Assembly: GCA_964385255.1 (NCBI GenBank)
Contig: CAYLOH010000005.1
Location: forward strand, 35,956 to 99,955
Source of the DNA: an uncultured Rubrivirga sp.
Lineage (GTDB): Bacteria; Actinomycetota; Actinomycetes; S36-B12
Direction of reading: 5' to 3'
Length of the DNA: 64,000 nucleotides
Shown here: in pieces, positions 45,363-57,980 of the stretch
Layout: every line of letters begins with the position of its first letter
Numbering within the stretch: position 1 is the stretch's first letter
The notes under the pieces: generated by a model
Told to the model about the DNA's origin: nothing
Databases searched by the model: none
The model's input: only the letters and a program-made list of their open reading frames with translations
Translations under genes and position numbers: made by a program

Positions 45363-46585
45363 TGCGCGTTTCTCCTTGAGCGACTACTGGCTGACTTCAA
45401 GTACGGAACGGTCGCGAGTTTGGTCAGCGTGACCAATGCCAGAACCAGGTAGATCAAGGTCCACGAATCGAAAGCATCCATGGTGACTCCCGCCAGCAGA
45501 GGTCCGAAGGCGGCGACGCAGTAGGTAACGAAAAACGCCATTGCTGTGAGTTCCGTGGATCCCTTGGCGTCGTCGGCGAATTCACTCAGCAGTCCCAGCG
45601 CCATCGCGAAGCCGCCGCTGAGGTTGAACGCGAAGATCATCAGCACGAGCACTGGAGCAACGTGGGGTAGGAGTGCCATGAAGGCAAGGGAGCCACTGGC
45701 GAGCACGACGGTAGCGCTGAACAGAAGCCGACGATGGCGCACTGTCGCCGACCATCGGGGAAGTACCAGCGCACCCAGAACCTGACTTCCCGTGAATACT
45801 CCAAACAGCAGGCCTGCGGTCTCCGGCGAGTATCCGCGATCGGAGTACGAAGGAGCGATCCACGCCAGCGCGCTGTAGAAGACGATGGAGTTCAGCGTCA
45901 TGAATCCTGTGAGCGCCCATGCAGTGCTGGTGCGCCAGGGAAGATCTCGTAATCGCATCGGCTTCGAGGGTCGGTCGTGTGCTGGACCTGCTCGTTCCAA
46001 CACAGACCAGGCGACGAGTGCGACCACCGCGGGCAGCGCCCAGAAGGCGAGTGCGGCATTCCAGCCACCGAGTAGCGTCGCTAACGGCAAGGTTGCAGCA
46101 GCGCCGATGGCGGCTCCTCCCATCATGGCTGCCGTCCACAGGGCCGTCGCCTTTCCCATCGATCCGGATAGTTGTTCGCGAACCACCCCGGGCACCAGCC
46201 CGCCGAGGATGGCGATGGCGATCCCTGCGAGCAGCACCGAGATGATCAAGGTGATTGCGACTGCGCCCACGTAGCGGAGGATCAACGCAACCGACATGGT
46301 GGCCAACGCCATGCTGACGGCACGGCGTCGACCGATTCTCTCTGCAAGGGTCGGCACACTCAAGGCGAACAAACCCATGGCGAGAACAGGAACAGTTGTG
46401 AGCGCTCCGATGAATGCATCGCTCCACCCGGTTTCTGCCTGAATGGATGTTGCGACGGCGGGCAAGCTGGACAGCGCCAACCGCAAATTGATAGCCACGA
46501 GAACCACCACGGACAAGATCGCTCCCGTGGAGCGAGTTCTCGAACTAGCGGCGCACACGACAGTGATTGTTCCGCTTAGGCTCAT
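45359..46585 (-). CDS. MFS transporter (CynX/NimT-like, 12 TM)
   Basis: The minus-strand translation from MSLSGTITVV... runs through repeated hydrophobic helices. The 158-aa N-terminal extension of track ORF 45359..47059 is antisense to sseB and was rejected. Confidence 0.8.
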   Translation of the reverse strand: MSLSGTITVVCAASSRTRSTGAILSVVVLVAINLRLALSSLPAVATSIQAETGWSDAFIGALTTVPVLAMGLFALSVPTLAERIGRRRAVSMALATMSVALILRYVGAVAITLIISVLLAGIAIAILGGLVPGVVREQLSGSMGKATALWTAAMMGGAAIGAAATLPLATLLGGWNAALAFWALPAVVALVAWSVLERAGPAHDRPSKPMRLRDLPWRTSTAWALTGFMTLNSIVFYSALAWIAPSYSDRGYSPETAGLLFGVFTGSQVLGALVLPRWSATVRHRRLLFSATVVLASGSLAFMALLPHVAPVLVLMIFAFNLSGGFAMALGLLSEFADDAKGSTELTAMAFFVTYCVAAFGPLLAGVTMDAFDSWTLIYLVLALVTLTKLATVPYLKSASSRSRRNAH

Positions 46586-46588
46586 CGC

Positions 46589-47248
46589 GTGAATCCAGGG
46601 GAGTACGCCGAGCCGGTGGTGGGTGATGGGCGTCATCTGGCAACTCCCGGTCATTTTTCCGACGATGATGGCTCCCCGGATCGGGTGATCCGAAGCGCCG
46701 GTGATGCGCACCAACTCATCGAGGCCATGCGCGCTGGCCGGGTGATCGTCGCCGTGGTTGCGGTTGCCGACGAGGTCCAGATGGAAAATGGACTCACGAC
46801 CGATAAGTCGAGCGAGATGTCGGTCGTATCGATGATCGCGGCGGATGGTCGGCGCGCGCTGTTGGCATTCACGGGCCTTGACGCCCTGCATCAATGGAAT
46901 CCAACCGCTCGTCCGGTGCCGGTGTCGGGCGTAGATGCCGCGCGTGCTGCCATCGAGGACGGTTGCGAGGCGATCGTGCTGGACGTGGGGGGTCCTCGCA
47001 TGCAGGTGATTCCGGAAATCGACTTGCTTTGGCTTGCGGGCCTCGATCCGCTGGATCATGCGCGACGAGTGGCCTGCCAGGTGCTGGAGGACGCCTTCGG
47101 TTCAGCACATATCGACGTGGCTGTGGTGGGTACGCGACTGCGCATTCGATCGGACGGCGCAACCATCGATGGATCGAGCATCGCTTCGTCGATCACGCCG
47201 CGGATCTTGGCCCTGGTCCCCGACGGCATTGAAGTCCACCAGGAGTAG
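46589..47248 (+). CDS. SseB-family protein
   Basis: F.DDDGS.D.........L..A.R..R....VVA......dK.S.MS.VS....DGRRALLAFTG.DAL..W.P.ARPVPV....AA.AA matches the actinobacterial SseB pattern (from memory). The start is uncertain (GTG 46589, 46616 or 46619). Confidence 0.65.
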   Translation: MNPGEYAEPVVGDGRHLATPGHFSDDDGSPDRVIRSAGDAHQLIEAMRAGRVIVAVVAVADEVQMENGLTTDKSSEMSVVSMIAADGRRALLAFTGLDALHQWNPTARPVPVSGVDAARAAIEDGCEAIVLDVGGPRMQVIPEIDLLWLAGLDPLDHARRVACQVLEDAFGSAHIDVAVVGTRLRIRSDGATIDGSSIASSITPRILALVPDGIEVHQE

Positions 47249-47250
47249 GC

Positions 47251-47619
47251 CTACGCCAGTACCGGCCCCGTCCAGCGTTCTCCGGGACCCTCGCCGGGTG
47301 CGTCCGGGATCAGGCTTGCTTCGCGGAACGCTCGTTGCACGGCCGTGAGCCCATCGCGTAAGGGGGCTGCGTGCACCGAGCCCAGATCGGGAGCCGCCGC
47401 CGTGACGAGCGCCGCCAGTGCGTTGATCAGGATGCGTGCCTCGGCGAGGTCCGGCTCCCGCGGTGCCCCGTCGTCGCCCACGGCCAACCCGCACGCGACG
47501 GCGGAAGCGGTCATGAGGTGCATGGCCACGGTCAGGACTACCTCCACCGCGGGAATGTCGGCGATGTCGGGGATGTCGCCAGCGCCGGTGGGGCTGGTGG
47601 GCATGGATGGCTCGCTCAC
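47251..47619 (-). CDS. DUF1844-like protein
   Basis: 122 aa with VEVVLTVAMHLMTASAVACGLA.....EPDLAEARILINALAALV. This family commonly lies divergent from infC in actinobacteria (from memory). GTG start at 47619. Confidence 0.65.
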   Translation of the reverse strand: MSEPSMPTSPTGAGDIPDIADIPAVEVVLTVAMHLMTASAVACGLAVGDDGAPREPDLAEARILINALAALVTAAAPDLGSVHAAPLRDGLTAVQRAFREASLIPDAPGEGPGERWTGPVLA

Positions 47620-47746
47620 GGCTGCTACCCTTGCACCTCCACACGTCCCGGGGCGACCTGGGACTGCGCAAGCGGGGTTTCGACCCCCACCTGGCGATCG
47701 ATGAATCGACCGGGTCCTGGCGGTGGCCCTCGAGGTTGCCGCAACC

Positions 47747-47776
47747 GGACCTCCGCCTGCGCTGCAGCGGAGGTTT
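47747..47776 (+). promoter_or_regulatory. Strong hairpin in the infC leader (ACCUCCGC / GCGGAGGU, 10-nt loop)
   Basis: Perfect 8-bp stem at 47749-56 and 47767-74, extendable by two G-U pairs, followed by UUUCGUCGUCU. One arm is SD-like (GGAGGU) and the other anti-SD-like (ACCUCC). Confidence 0.4.
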
Positions 47777-47849
47777 CGTCGTCTCCGGGCAGTGGTAGAC
47801 GGCTGGAGCGACCGCTTCGGCAGCCCATTACGGCAAGCAAGGAGGCGCC

Positions 47850-48431
47850 ATCAGCGTCGAACCCCGGATCAACGACCGGATCCGCGTACCCGAGGTACGC
47901 CTGGTCGGACCCAACGGTGAACAAGTCGGCATCGTCCGCATCGAAGATGCCCTCCGACTCGCTGTGGAGGCCGACCTGGACCTCGTCGAGGTCGCACCGA
48001 TGGCCAAGCCGCCGGTGTGCAAGCTCATGGACTTCGGCAAGTTCAAGTACGAGGCAGCCCTCAAGGAACGCGAATCCCGGCGGAACCAGACGCACACCGT
48101 CATCAAGGAGATGAAGCTTCGTCCGAAGATCGATCCGCACGACTACGAGACCAAGAAGGGTCACGTGGAGCGGTTCCTGAAGGCAGGGGACAAGGTCAAG
48201 ATCACGATCATGTTCCGCGGCCGTGAGCAAAGCAGGCCGGAATTGGGCTTGCGACTCCTGGCGAAGCTTGCGGAGGACGTCGAGGAGCTGGGCTTCGTCG
48301 AGGCGACTCCCAAACAGGACGGACGCAACATGCTGATGGTGCTCGCTCCGCACAAGCGGAAGTCGGACGTAGTGCGCAAGGCCAAGGCAGAACGCACCGA
48401 CGCGGACGACGCCGAGCGGGACTCCGCCTAG
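47850..48431 (+). CDS. infC: Translation initiation factor IF-3, initiating at non-canonical ATC
   Basis: In frame upstream of the track ORF (GTG 47964) the sequence reads [38 protein letters not shown], the conserved IF-3 N-domain. There is an in-frame stop at 47796, and no ATG/GTG/TTG/CTG occurs between 47799 and 47963. AAGGAGG at 47839-45 lies 4 nt before ATC 47850. Confidence 0.85.
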   Translation: MSVEPRINDRIRVPEVRLVGPNGEQVGIVRIEDALRLAVEADLDLVEVAPMAKPPVCKLMDFGKFKYEAALKERESRRNQTHTVIKEMKLRPKIDPHDYETKKGHVERFLKAGDKVKITIMFRGREQSRPELGLRLLAKLAEDVEELGFVEATPKQDGRNMLMVLAPHKRKSDVVRKAKAERTDADDAERDSA

Positions 48432-48496
48432 ATCCACACTCTCAGACCTGCACCACCCGCACGACCACAGACGTGCTGAAGAAGAAGGAGGCCACC

Positions 48497-48691
48497 GTGC
48501 CGAAGCAGAAGACGCACAGCGGTGCGAAGAAGCGGTTCAAGGTAACCGGGTCGGGCAAGCTCACCCACGAGCAGGCGAACAGGCGCCATCTCATGGAGAG
48601 CAAGTCCAGCAAGCGCACCCGTCGCCTGATGGCCGACGATCCCGTCTCCAAGGCGGACACCAAGAAGGTCAACAAGCTTCTCGGTCGCTAA
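48497..48691 (+). CDS. rpmI: 50S ribosomal protein L35
   Basis: (V)[23 protein letters not shown] 48497 is preceded by GAAGAAGGAGG. The track start at 48473 would add 8 atypical residues. Confidence 0.9.
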   Translation: MPKQKTHSGAKKRFKVTGSGKLTHEQANRRHLMESKSSKRTRRLMADDPVSKADTKKVNKLLGR

Positions 48692-48733
48692 CGGCGTCCG
48701 ACGAAATTCGCGAATAAGAGCAAGGAGCACGTC

Positions 48734-49102
48734 ATGGCACGCGTCAAGCGTTCAGTCAATGCGCAAAAGAAGCGTCGTGAGATCCTCGAGCGCGCCTCCG
48801 GATATCGGGGTCAGCGGTCGCGGTTGTACCGAAAGGCCAAGGAGCAAGTCACGCACTCCATGGTCTACGCCTATGCAGACCGTCGGACCCGCAAGGGTGA
48901 TTTCCGTCGCTTGTGGATTCAGCGGATCAACGCCGCCGCGCGGGCAAATGGCATGACCTACAACCGGTTCATCCAAGGGCTCAAGGCAGCGGAAGTCGAT
49001 GTCGATCGCCGCATGCTGGCCGAGCTCGCGGTCAACGATCCGGCGGCATTCACCGCGCTGGTCGATGTCGCGCGCGGGGCATTGCCGGCAACCGCCGCCT
49101 GA
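48734..49102 (+). CDS. rplT: 50S ribosomal protein L20
   Basis: [37 protein letters not shown].......Y.DRR..K.DFR.LWI.RINAA. Confidence 0.95.
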   Translation: MARVKRSVNAQKKRREILERASGYRGQRSRLYRKAKEQVTHSMVYAYADRRTRKGDFRRLWIQRINAAARANGMTYNRFIQGLKAAEVDVDRRMLAELAVNDPAAFTALVDVARGALPATAA

Positions 49103-49123
49103 CGCTTCGGGATCCAGGCGCAC

Positions 49124-49939
49124 GTGCTGACCAGTACGCGCTCACCCCACGTGGCACGGCTGCGTCGACTGCACGATCGCAAAGGCAGACAGCAATCTGG
49201 GACCTTCCTCGCGGAAGGTCCCGATTGCGTTGCGGCGGCCTTGGCCGCCGGCTGGGTTCGTGAGGTCCTGGCCGAACCCGGTCACCCCGTGGGCCGTGAG
49301 GCGATGGCATCCGGACTCGCGGTTCACGCGGCCGAGGCTCGAGTGATCGCCGCAGTCTGCGACGCCATGACTCCGCAGGGGATTGTCGCCGAGTGTGTGA
49401 TCCCCGAGAGATCGGTGACCGACGCCGTCTCGACGCGCGGACCGATCGTCATCTGCGATCGACTAGCAGATCCGGGAAATCTGGGAACGATCCTGCGAAC
49501 GGCGGAGGCGGTCGGAGCGAGTGGCGTGATGACCACTCCCGGTTCCGTGGATGCATGGAACCCCAAAGTGGTGCGCGCGAGTGCGGGATCCATCTTCCGC
49601 ATCCCGGTAGTCGCCGTGGACTCGATGACGTACGCGGTGAGCAGCGTGCACGCGACCGCACGGAAGGTCATCGCTCTCACGGCGGACGCTCCCACGAGCG
49701 TCTTCGGAATCCTCGACCAGGAGCGTCGAGCGGGGGAAAGCGTGCACGAATTGGCGTGGATCGTCGGGTCCGAAGCTCACGGTGTGGGAGCGGAGGGTCT
49801 GGAGGCCGCTGATCTGCACGCGAGCATTCCCATGGCCGCACCCGTGGAGTCGTTGAACGCGGCCATTTCGGTGGCGATCTGCTTGTACCTGGCTGCCGGT
49901 GTAGACATCGTGGGAGATCCATCACATGGCGGGACGTAA
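49124..49939 (+). CDS. TrmH/SpoU-family RNA 2'-O-methyltransferase
   Basis: F.AEG.......L.........DP.NLGTILRTAEA.GASGV...GSEAHG......IPM....ESLNAA.S.AI. Its position after rplT matches mycobacterial tsnR (from memory). Confidence 0.85.
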   Translation: MLTSTRSPHVARLRRLHDRKGRQQSGTFLAEGPDCVAAALAAGWVREVLAEPGHPVGREAMASGLAVHAAEARVIAAVCDAMTPQGIVAECVIPERSVTDAVSTRGPIVICDRLADPGNLGTILRTAEAVGASGVMTTPGSVDAWNPKVVRASAGSIFRIPVVAVDSMTYAVSSVHATARKVIALTADAPTSVFGILDQERRAGESVHELAWIVGSEAHGVGAEGLEAADLHASIPMAAPVESLNAAISVAICLYLAAGVDIVGDPSHGGT

Positions 49940-50034
49940 GTCCCGCTAGACACACCTGTCGCGCTCGGTTGGCTGCCCCCTCGTGGGTGCGAGGATGGAA
50001 GTCATCGCCGAGGACGTTTGAAAGGGTGACACCG

Positions 50035-50853
50035 ATGGACAAGTCGAAGTATCGAAGCCTGCCGGTCATGGACGAGACCGGTTATGTGGTGGTCGATGGC
50101 TACGACCAGAAGGCCGATCCTCGGGAATGGGAGAACCTGGTCTTCGTCGATTGGAAGTCATCGGGCGACACCCGCTTCGCGCCGCTTGCGAGTGCCTATG
50201 GGGATATGGAGTGCAATGGTTTTTGGAACCACACTCCACCCAAGACCGACAAGGACGGCGTGTGGGTGCAGGAGAATGTCGACATTGCCCCGATCTTGAC
50301 TCGGCGAGCGCAAGAGCCGGGAGCCAACATCGGTCGCTGCCGTGTCATCGAGTTGCAGCCCAACACCTATGGTGAAGCGCTCTACAACTTGCACCGCGAC
50401 GACAACAACCGACTCAACCCCGAAGGCACGGGCTGGATCGTCCGGGCCTTCTTCAATCTGACGGACGATCCCGATTCGGTGATGATCCTGCGCGCGGACA
50501 AAGATGACCCCTCGACCGAGGTGCGTATTCCGCTGCCCGCTGGTCAGCAGGTGGTCATTGATACCCAGGGGTTCTATCACGCGGTGTGGCACCCGGGTGA
50601 CAAGCCGCGGTACTGCCTGATCACCTCCTATGAGTCCGGACCCGAATTGGACGCGTGGATCCAGGCACGCAATCCGAGAACTCGAATACCGAACCATCCG
50701 CTCGACCCGGAAGTTGCAGCCGAAGGCGAGGAGTTGGCGCGCAGTAAGCGGGAGGCTCGCGCTGCCGCGCTGGCGGCACAAGGCCAGGATCCACGCTTCG
50801 GTGACGGCAGCATGGCGATCCAAGAGGAGAAGGAAGTCCTCTCCGAGGCATGA
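50035..50853 (+). CDS. Hypothetical protein, possible cupin / Fe(II)-2OG-oxygenase-like fold
   Basis: 272 aa, with ATG 50035 after GAAAGGG. The motif H120-R-D122 (YNLHRDDN) is followed about 62 aa later by FYH182AVWH186PGDKPRYCL (second His plus basic residue). The pattern loosely resembles Asp/Asn-hydroxylase-type DSBH proteins. The CDS call is fairly safe; the function is a weak inference. Confidence 0.5.
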   Translation: MDKSKYRSLPVMDETGYVVVDGYDQKADPREWENLVFVDWKSSGDTRFAPLASAYGDMECNGFWNHTPPKTDKDGVWVQENVDIAPILTRRAQEPGANIGRCRVIELQPNTYGEALYNLHRDDNNRLNPEGTGWIVRAFFNLTDDPDSVMILRADKDDPSTEVRIPLPAGQQVVIDTQGFYHAVWHPGDKPRYCLITSYESGPELDAWIQARNPRTRIPNHPLDPEVAAEGEELARSKREARAAALAAQGQDPRFGDGSMAIQEEKEVLSEA

Positions 50854-50931
50854 GCCCCCAGCCTGTCCGGGGCGAGGTGAACAACCCGTTAGCATCGAAG
50901 AATTCGTGCTGGCGAATTCGAAGGAGTGTGT

Positions 50932-51836
50932 GTGGTCGCCTACAGCGCTGTGCTGGACGAACTCGAGGCCGAGGCGATCCACATCTACCGCGAAACGGCG
51001 GCGGCATTCCGCAACCCGGTCCTGCTCTACAGCATCGGCAAGGACTCGTCGGTGCTGTTGCATTTGGCGATGAAGGCCTTCTATCCCGCTCCGTTGCCCT
51101 TCCCGGTGATGCACATCGACACCACCTGGAAGTTCAAGGAGATGATCGAATTCCGCGACCGTCGTGTTCGAGAACTTGGGCTTGACCTTCGCATCGCCAC
51201 GAACACTGAGGCTGTCGAGCAGGGCGTCACGCCTTTCACCCACGGTACGCACGAATACACACGCATCATGAAGACGGTCGCGCTGCGCGAGGGCATCGAC
51301 ACGTATCAGTTCGATGCCGCCATCGGAGGGGCGCGTCGCGACGAGGAGCGAAGCCGGGCGAAGGAACGCATCTTCTCCCTCCGGGAACCCGGACACAGGT
51401 GGGAGCCGCGCAAGCAGCGTCCAGAGTTCTGGCGGACTGCGAACACCTCGCTCGCGGCAGGTCAGTCGATGCGGGTATTCCCGCTGTCGAACTGGACCGA
51501 GTTGGATATCTGGCGTTACATCGAGCGGGAACGTGTCGAGATCCCCTCCTTGTACTTCGCCAAGGAGCGACCGGTCGTCGAGCGTGGAGGCACGTTGATC
51601 ATGGTCGACGATGAGCGCTATCCGCTCGAGCCCGACGAGCAACCGGTGATGAAGTCCGTTCGTTTCCGAACATTGGGGTGCTACCCACTGACCGGTGCTG
51701 TGGAATCGACGGCGGACGACCTCGAATCGTTGATCGCCGAGATGGAAGCCTCAAATATCTCCGAACGTGCTGGTCGCCTGATCGATGGGGAGGGCGGCGG
51801 CTCGATGGAAGCTAAGAAAGCAGAGGGCTACTTCTA

Positions 51837-51837
<1 letters not shown>
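50932..51837 (+). CDS. cysD: Sulfate adenylyltransferase subunit 2
   Basis: [39 protein letters not shown]...PFPV.HIDT..KF.EMI.FRD. AAGGAG at 50921-26; GTG 50932 preferred (alternative 50926). Confidence 0.9.
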
Positions 51838-54819
<2,982 letters not shown>

Positions 54820-54820
<1 letters not shown>

Positions 54821-57309
54821 TGCGCATCTCGGTGTCGTGGATCCGTGAACTCGTCGACGTGCCCGCTGGTCAGACGGGACGTGACATCGCCGCACGCCTG
54901 ATAAATGCCGGACTCGAAGTCGAGACCGTGGAGACGGTGGGTGAGGGCCTCGACGGTCCGATCGTCGTCGGCAAGGTGCTCGACGTTGAGGAACTCGCCG
55001 GTTTCAAGAAGCCGATCCGCTGGTGTCAGGTGGATCTTGGCGGCTCCGAAGCCCGCGGCATCATCTGCGGGGCGAGCAACTTCGTCGTCGGCGATCTCGT
55101 CGTCGTCGCCCCGCCGGGCACCACCTTGCCCGGCGGTTTCACCATCACCGCGCGCGAGACGTATGGCCACGTTTCCGACGGGATGATCTGCTCTGAACGT
55201 GAACTAGGGCTCGGAGAGGACCACGGCGGGATCATCGTGCTGCCACCGGGGACCGCCGATCCCGGAGCCGACGCCACCTCGGTGCTCGGCGTGGGTGACG
55301 AAGTCTTAGATATCGCCATCACTCCCGATCGTGGTTACGCGCTCAGTGCCCGGGGGATCGCCCGCGAAGTCGCGATCGCCTACGACCTGCCCTTCGCCGA
55401 CGCGGTCGACAGGCCCGAGACACTTCCTGCGCCGGCGAAGGATCGCGCTCCCGCGCACTGCGCGTCCGACGACCTCGACGCCTGCCCGTTGTTCACCCTG
55501 CGCACCATCACTGGAATAGATCCGTCGCGGCCCACACCGCAATGGATGCGCAACCGACTCCGCGATAGCGGTATGCGGTCCGTGTCTCTTGCGGTGGACA
55601 TCACTAACTACGTGATGCTCGAACTCGGTCAGCCGCTGCACGCTTTCGATCTTGACGCGCTCCAAGGGACCGTGCGTGCGGACATGGCGAAACCGGGGGA
55701 GAAGCTCGAGACCATCGATCACGTGACGCGCGAGTTGTCCGCCGACGACCTCACCATCCGCGACGACCGGGGTCCCATCGGCCTGGCTGGCACCATGGGT
55801 GGCGCGCAGACGGAGATCACCGACACCACCACCAACATCGCGCTGGAAAGCGCGTTCTTCGCACCGGAGGTCGTTGCTCGGATGGGTCGCCGGCATCGGC
55901 TCACCAGTGAGGCAAGCCGACGCTTCGAACGCGGTATCGATCGTGCGCTCGCACCGGTCGCATCGGCGCGCGGAACGGAACTCCTCGTCGAACTTGCCGG
56001 TGGCACTTATCAGGGGATGACGGCCGTCGAAGCGCCGATGCCCGATCGCACCATCCGGATGGATAGCGAACTGCCGGCGCGTGTAGCCGGCATGGATATC
56101 TCCGCGGCAACCACCCGAGCCAAACTCGAAGCGATCGGCTGCGAGGTCGAAGGCGCGGTCGACGATGCCGGCTCCGACTTCGTCGTCACCCCGCCCACCT
56201 GGCGATTGGACCTCACCGACCCTGCGGACCTGGTCGAGGAAGTCGTACGCCTGGTGGGTTACGCCAACCTTCCGTCGACGTTGCCGACAGCGCCGGCAGG
56301 TCACGGTCTCACGCACGCGCAGCGGTTGCGCCGCCGCATCGGCACGGTGCTCGCAGCGCGCGGCATGGTCGAAGTGCTCAGTTACCCGTTCACCTCGCAG
56401 CAAGACGCGGACTGCTTGCGCTGGCCGCAGGGGGACCCGCGACGGATCACTCCCAAACTCGCGAACCCGCTGTCCGATGAGCAGCCTCATCTGCGCGGGG
56501 CGATCTTGCCCACGCTGCTAACCGCGGCCCAGCGCAACATCGGTCGTGGTTTCGACGATCTCGCGCTGTTCGAGACGGGTTCGGTGTTCCTCGGCGAAGC
56601 GGGGTCGGCGACTCCACCGCGCCCGGGTGTCGACGCCCGCCCGAGCGATGAGGCATGGCGTCAACTGCAGGACCTGTTGCCGGAACAGCCGACACACCTC
56701 GGCGCAGTCTGGTCGGGAAGTCGCGCGCCCAAGGGCTGGCACGGACCTGCCCAGCCCTTCACCTGGGCCGACGCGGTGGCCGCGGCCCACGACGTATTCG
56801 ACGCCCTGGGCGTCGACGTTGTCACCGAGCAAGGCTCCGATCCGACATTCCACCCAGGTCGCTGCGCACAGTTCACCCTCGATGGGACCTCCATCGGGGT
56901 TGCCGGGGAATTGCACCCGGGAGTTCTCGAAGCACTCGGTTTGCCCGCACGCGCTTGCGCGATGGAACTCGACGTCACCGCACTCATCGACGCCAGCCCT
57001 GTGGTCCGCTCGGCGCCGGATTTCTCCACCCATCCGGTGGCCAAGGAGGACATCGCCCTCGTCGTGGCCGACACCGTCACCGCGCAGGCGGTCCGCGAGG
57101 CGATCCGCGAAGGTGCCGGCGAGCTGCTCGAGGACGTCGCGTTGTTCGACGTCTACACGGGTGACCAGGTGCCCGCTGGGCACAAGTCTCTCGCTTTCGC
57201 GCTTCGCTTCCGCGCTCCCGACCGAACGCTCAGTGCCGAGGAGATAGCGGCGGCGCGGCAGGGAGCGGTCGATCGAGCGGCCAAGCAGTGCGGAGCGCGG
57301 CTTCGCTAA
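54820..57309 (+). CDS. pheT: Phenylalanine-tRNA ligase beta subunit
   Basis: MRISVSWIRELVD; 829 aa with tRNA-binding, B3/4, B5 and FDX-ACB regions. ATG shares 1 nt with the pheS TGA. The track ORF from 54553 was trimmed. Confidence 0.95.
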
Positions 57310-57980
57310 GCGCGCACTGTCGAGCCCTCGACGGAGATCCCCAAGGATTCCAGCAGCACCACGACCCGACCCTTGATCTCATCGCGGATCGGACGCACCG
57401 AGGCCACGTCCAGCCCCTGCGGATCCTCGAGGACCCAATCCTCGTATCGCTTACCGGGGAAGATCGGGCAGGCATCCCCGCAGCCCATCGTGATGACGGC
57501 ATCGGCGGCTCGGACGATCTCATCGGTCCACGGCTTGGGGAACTCCTCGGTGATGTCGATACCCACTTCCGCCATCGCCTCGATGGCGGCGGGGTTGACC
57601 TGACTGCTTGGCTCGGAGCCTCCCGACCACGCGACCGCTCGATCACCGGCCAGGGCCTTGAACCAGCCCATCGCCATCTGGCTGCGGCCGGCGTTGTGCA
57701 CGCACAAGAACAGGACCGTCGGGCGATGATCGTCGCTCTTGCCCTCGACCTTTGCTAGCGCTTGTAGGCGTTGGCGGGCGAACTTCTCGGCGAGGAGCGG
57801 AAGCCAGGTGAGAACCGTCGACCGGGAAGCGAACTCGTCGTACGAGGAGTACAGGAAGCGCTCGATGGTCTCCGTATTGAAGACTCCGTCGAACTGCCTC
57901 TGCAGGCGCGACGCGGCATTGCGCAGCGCCATCTTCTGCTCCAGACCCAGATCGGGCTCTGCTGAGTCGAATTCGTTCAT
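57306..57980 (-). CDS. arsC: Arsenate reductase (LMW-PTP/ArsC type) with an ~85-aa N-terminal helical domain
   Basis: P-loop LFLCVHNAGRSQMA (CX5R-S) and a distal Cys pair GCGDACP. The N-terminal 85 aa (…LRNAASRLQRQFDGVF…FARQRLQAL) has no Cys. The stop overlaps the pheT stop, and the start overlaps the stop of the upstream arsR fusion (ATGA on the minus strand). Confidence 0.8.
   Translation of the reverse strand: MNEFDSAEPDLGLEQKMALRNAASRLQRQFDGVFNTETIERFLYSSYDEFASRSTVLTWLPLLAEKFARQRLQALAKVEGKSDDHRPTVLFLCVHNAGRSQMAMGWFKALAGDRAVAWSGGSEPSSQVNPAAIEAMAEVGIDITEEFPKPWTDEIVRAADAVITMGCGDACPIFPGKRYEDWVLEDPQGLDVASVRPIRDEIKGRVVVLLESLGISVEGSTVRA

Noticed and set aside
46586-47059. The 158-aa N-terminal extension of the MFS ORF (track ORF 45359..47059).
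   Set aside because: The extension is antisense to the SseB-like gene, is not hydrophobic and has no transporter features. The transporter sequence begins cleanly at MSLSG (46585).
47674-47687. GGGGTTTCGACCCC resembles a tRNA T-arm.
   Set aside because: There is no flanking acceptor, D or anticodon arm and no GTTCGAATC-type T-loop. I treat it as a simple UUCG-tetraloop hairpin within the infC leader.
50854-50873. GCCCC...GGGGC hairpin right after the orphan ORF stop; considered as a terminator separating it from cysD.
   Set aside because: It has only 5 bp of stem, a 10-nt loop and no T-tract, so the evidence for termination is weak.
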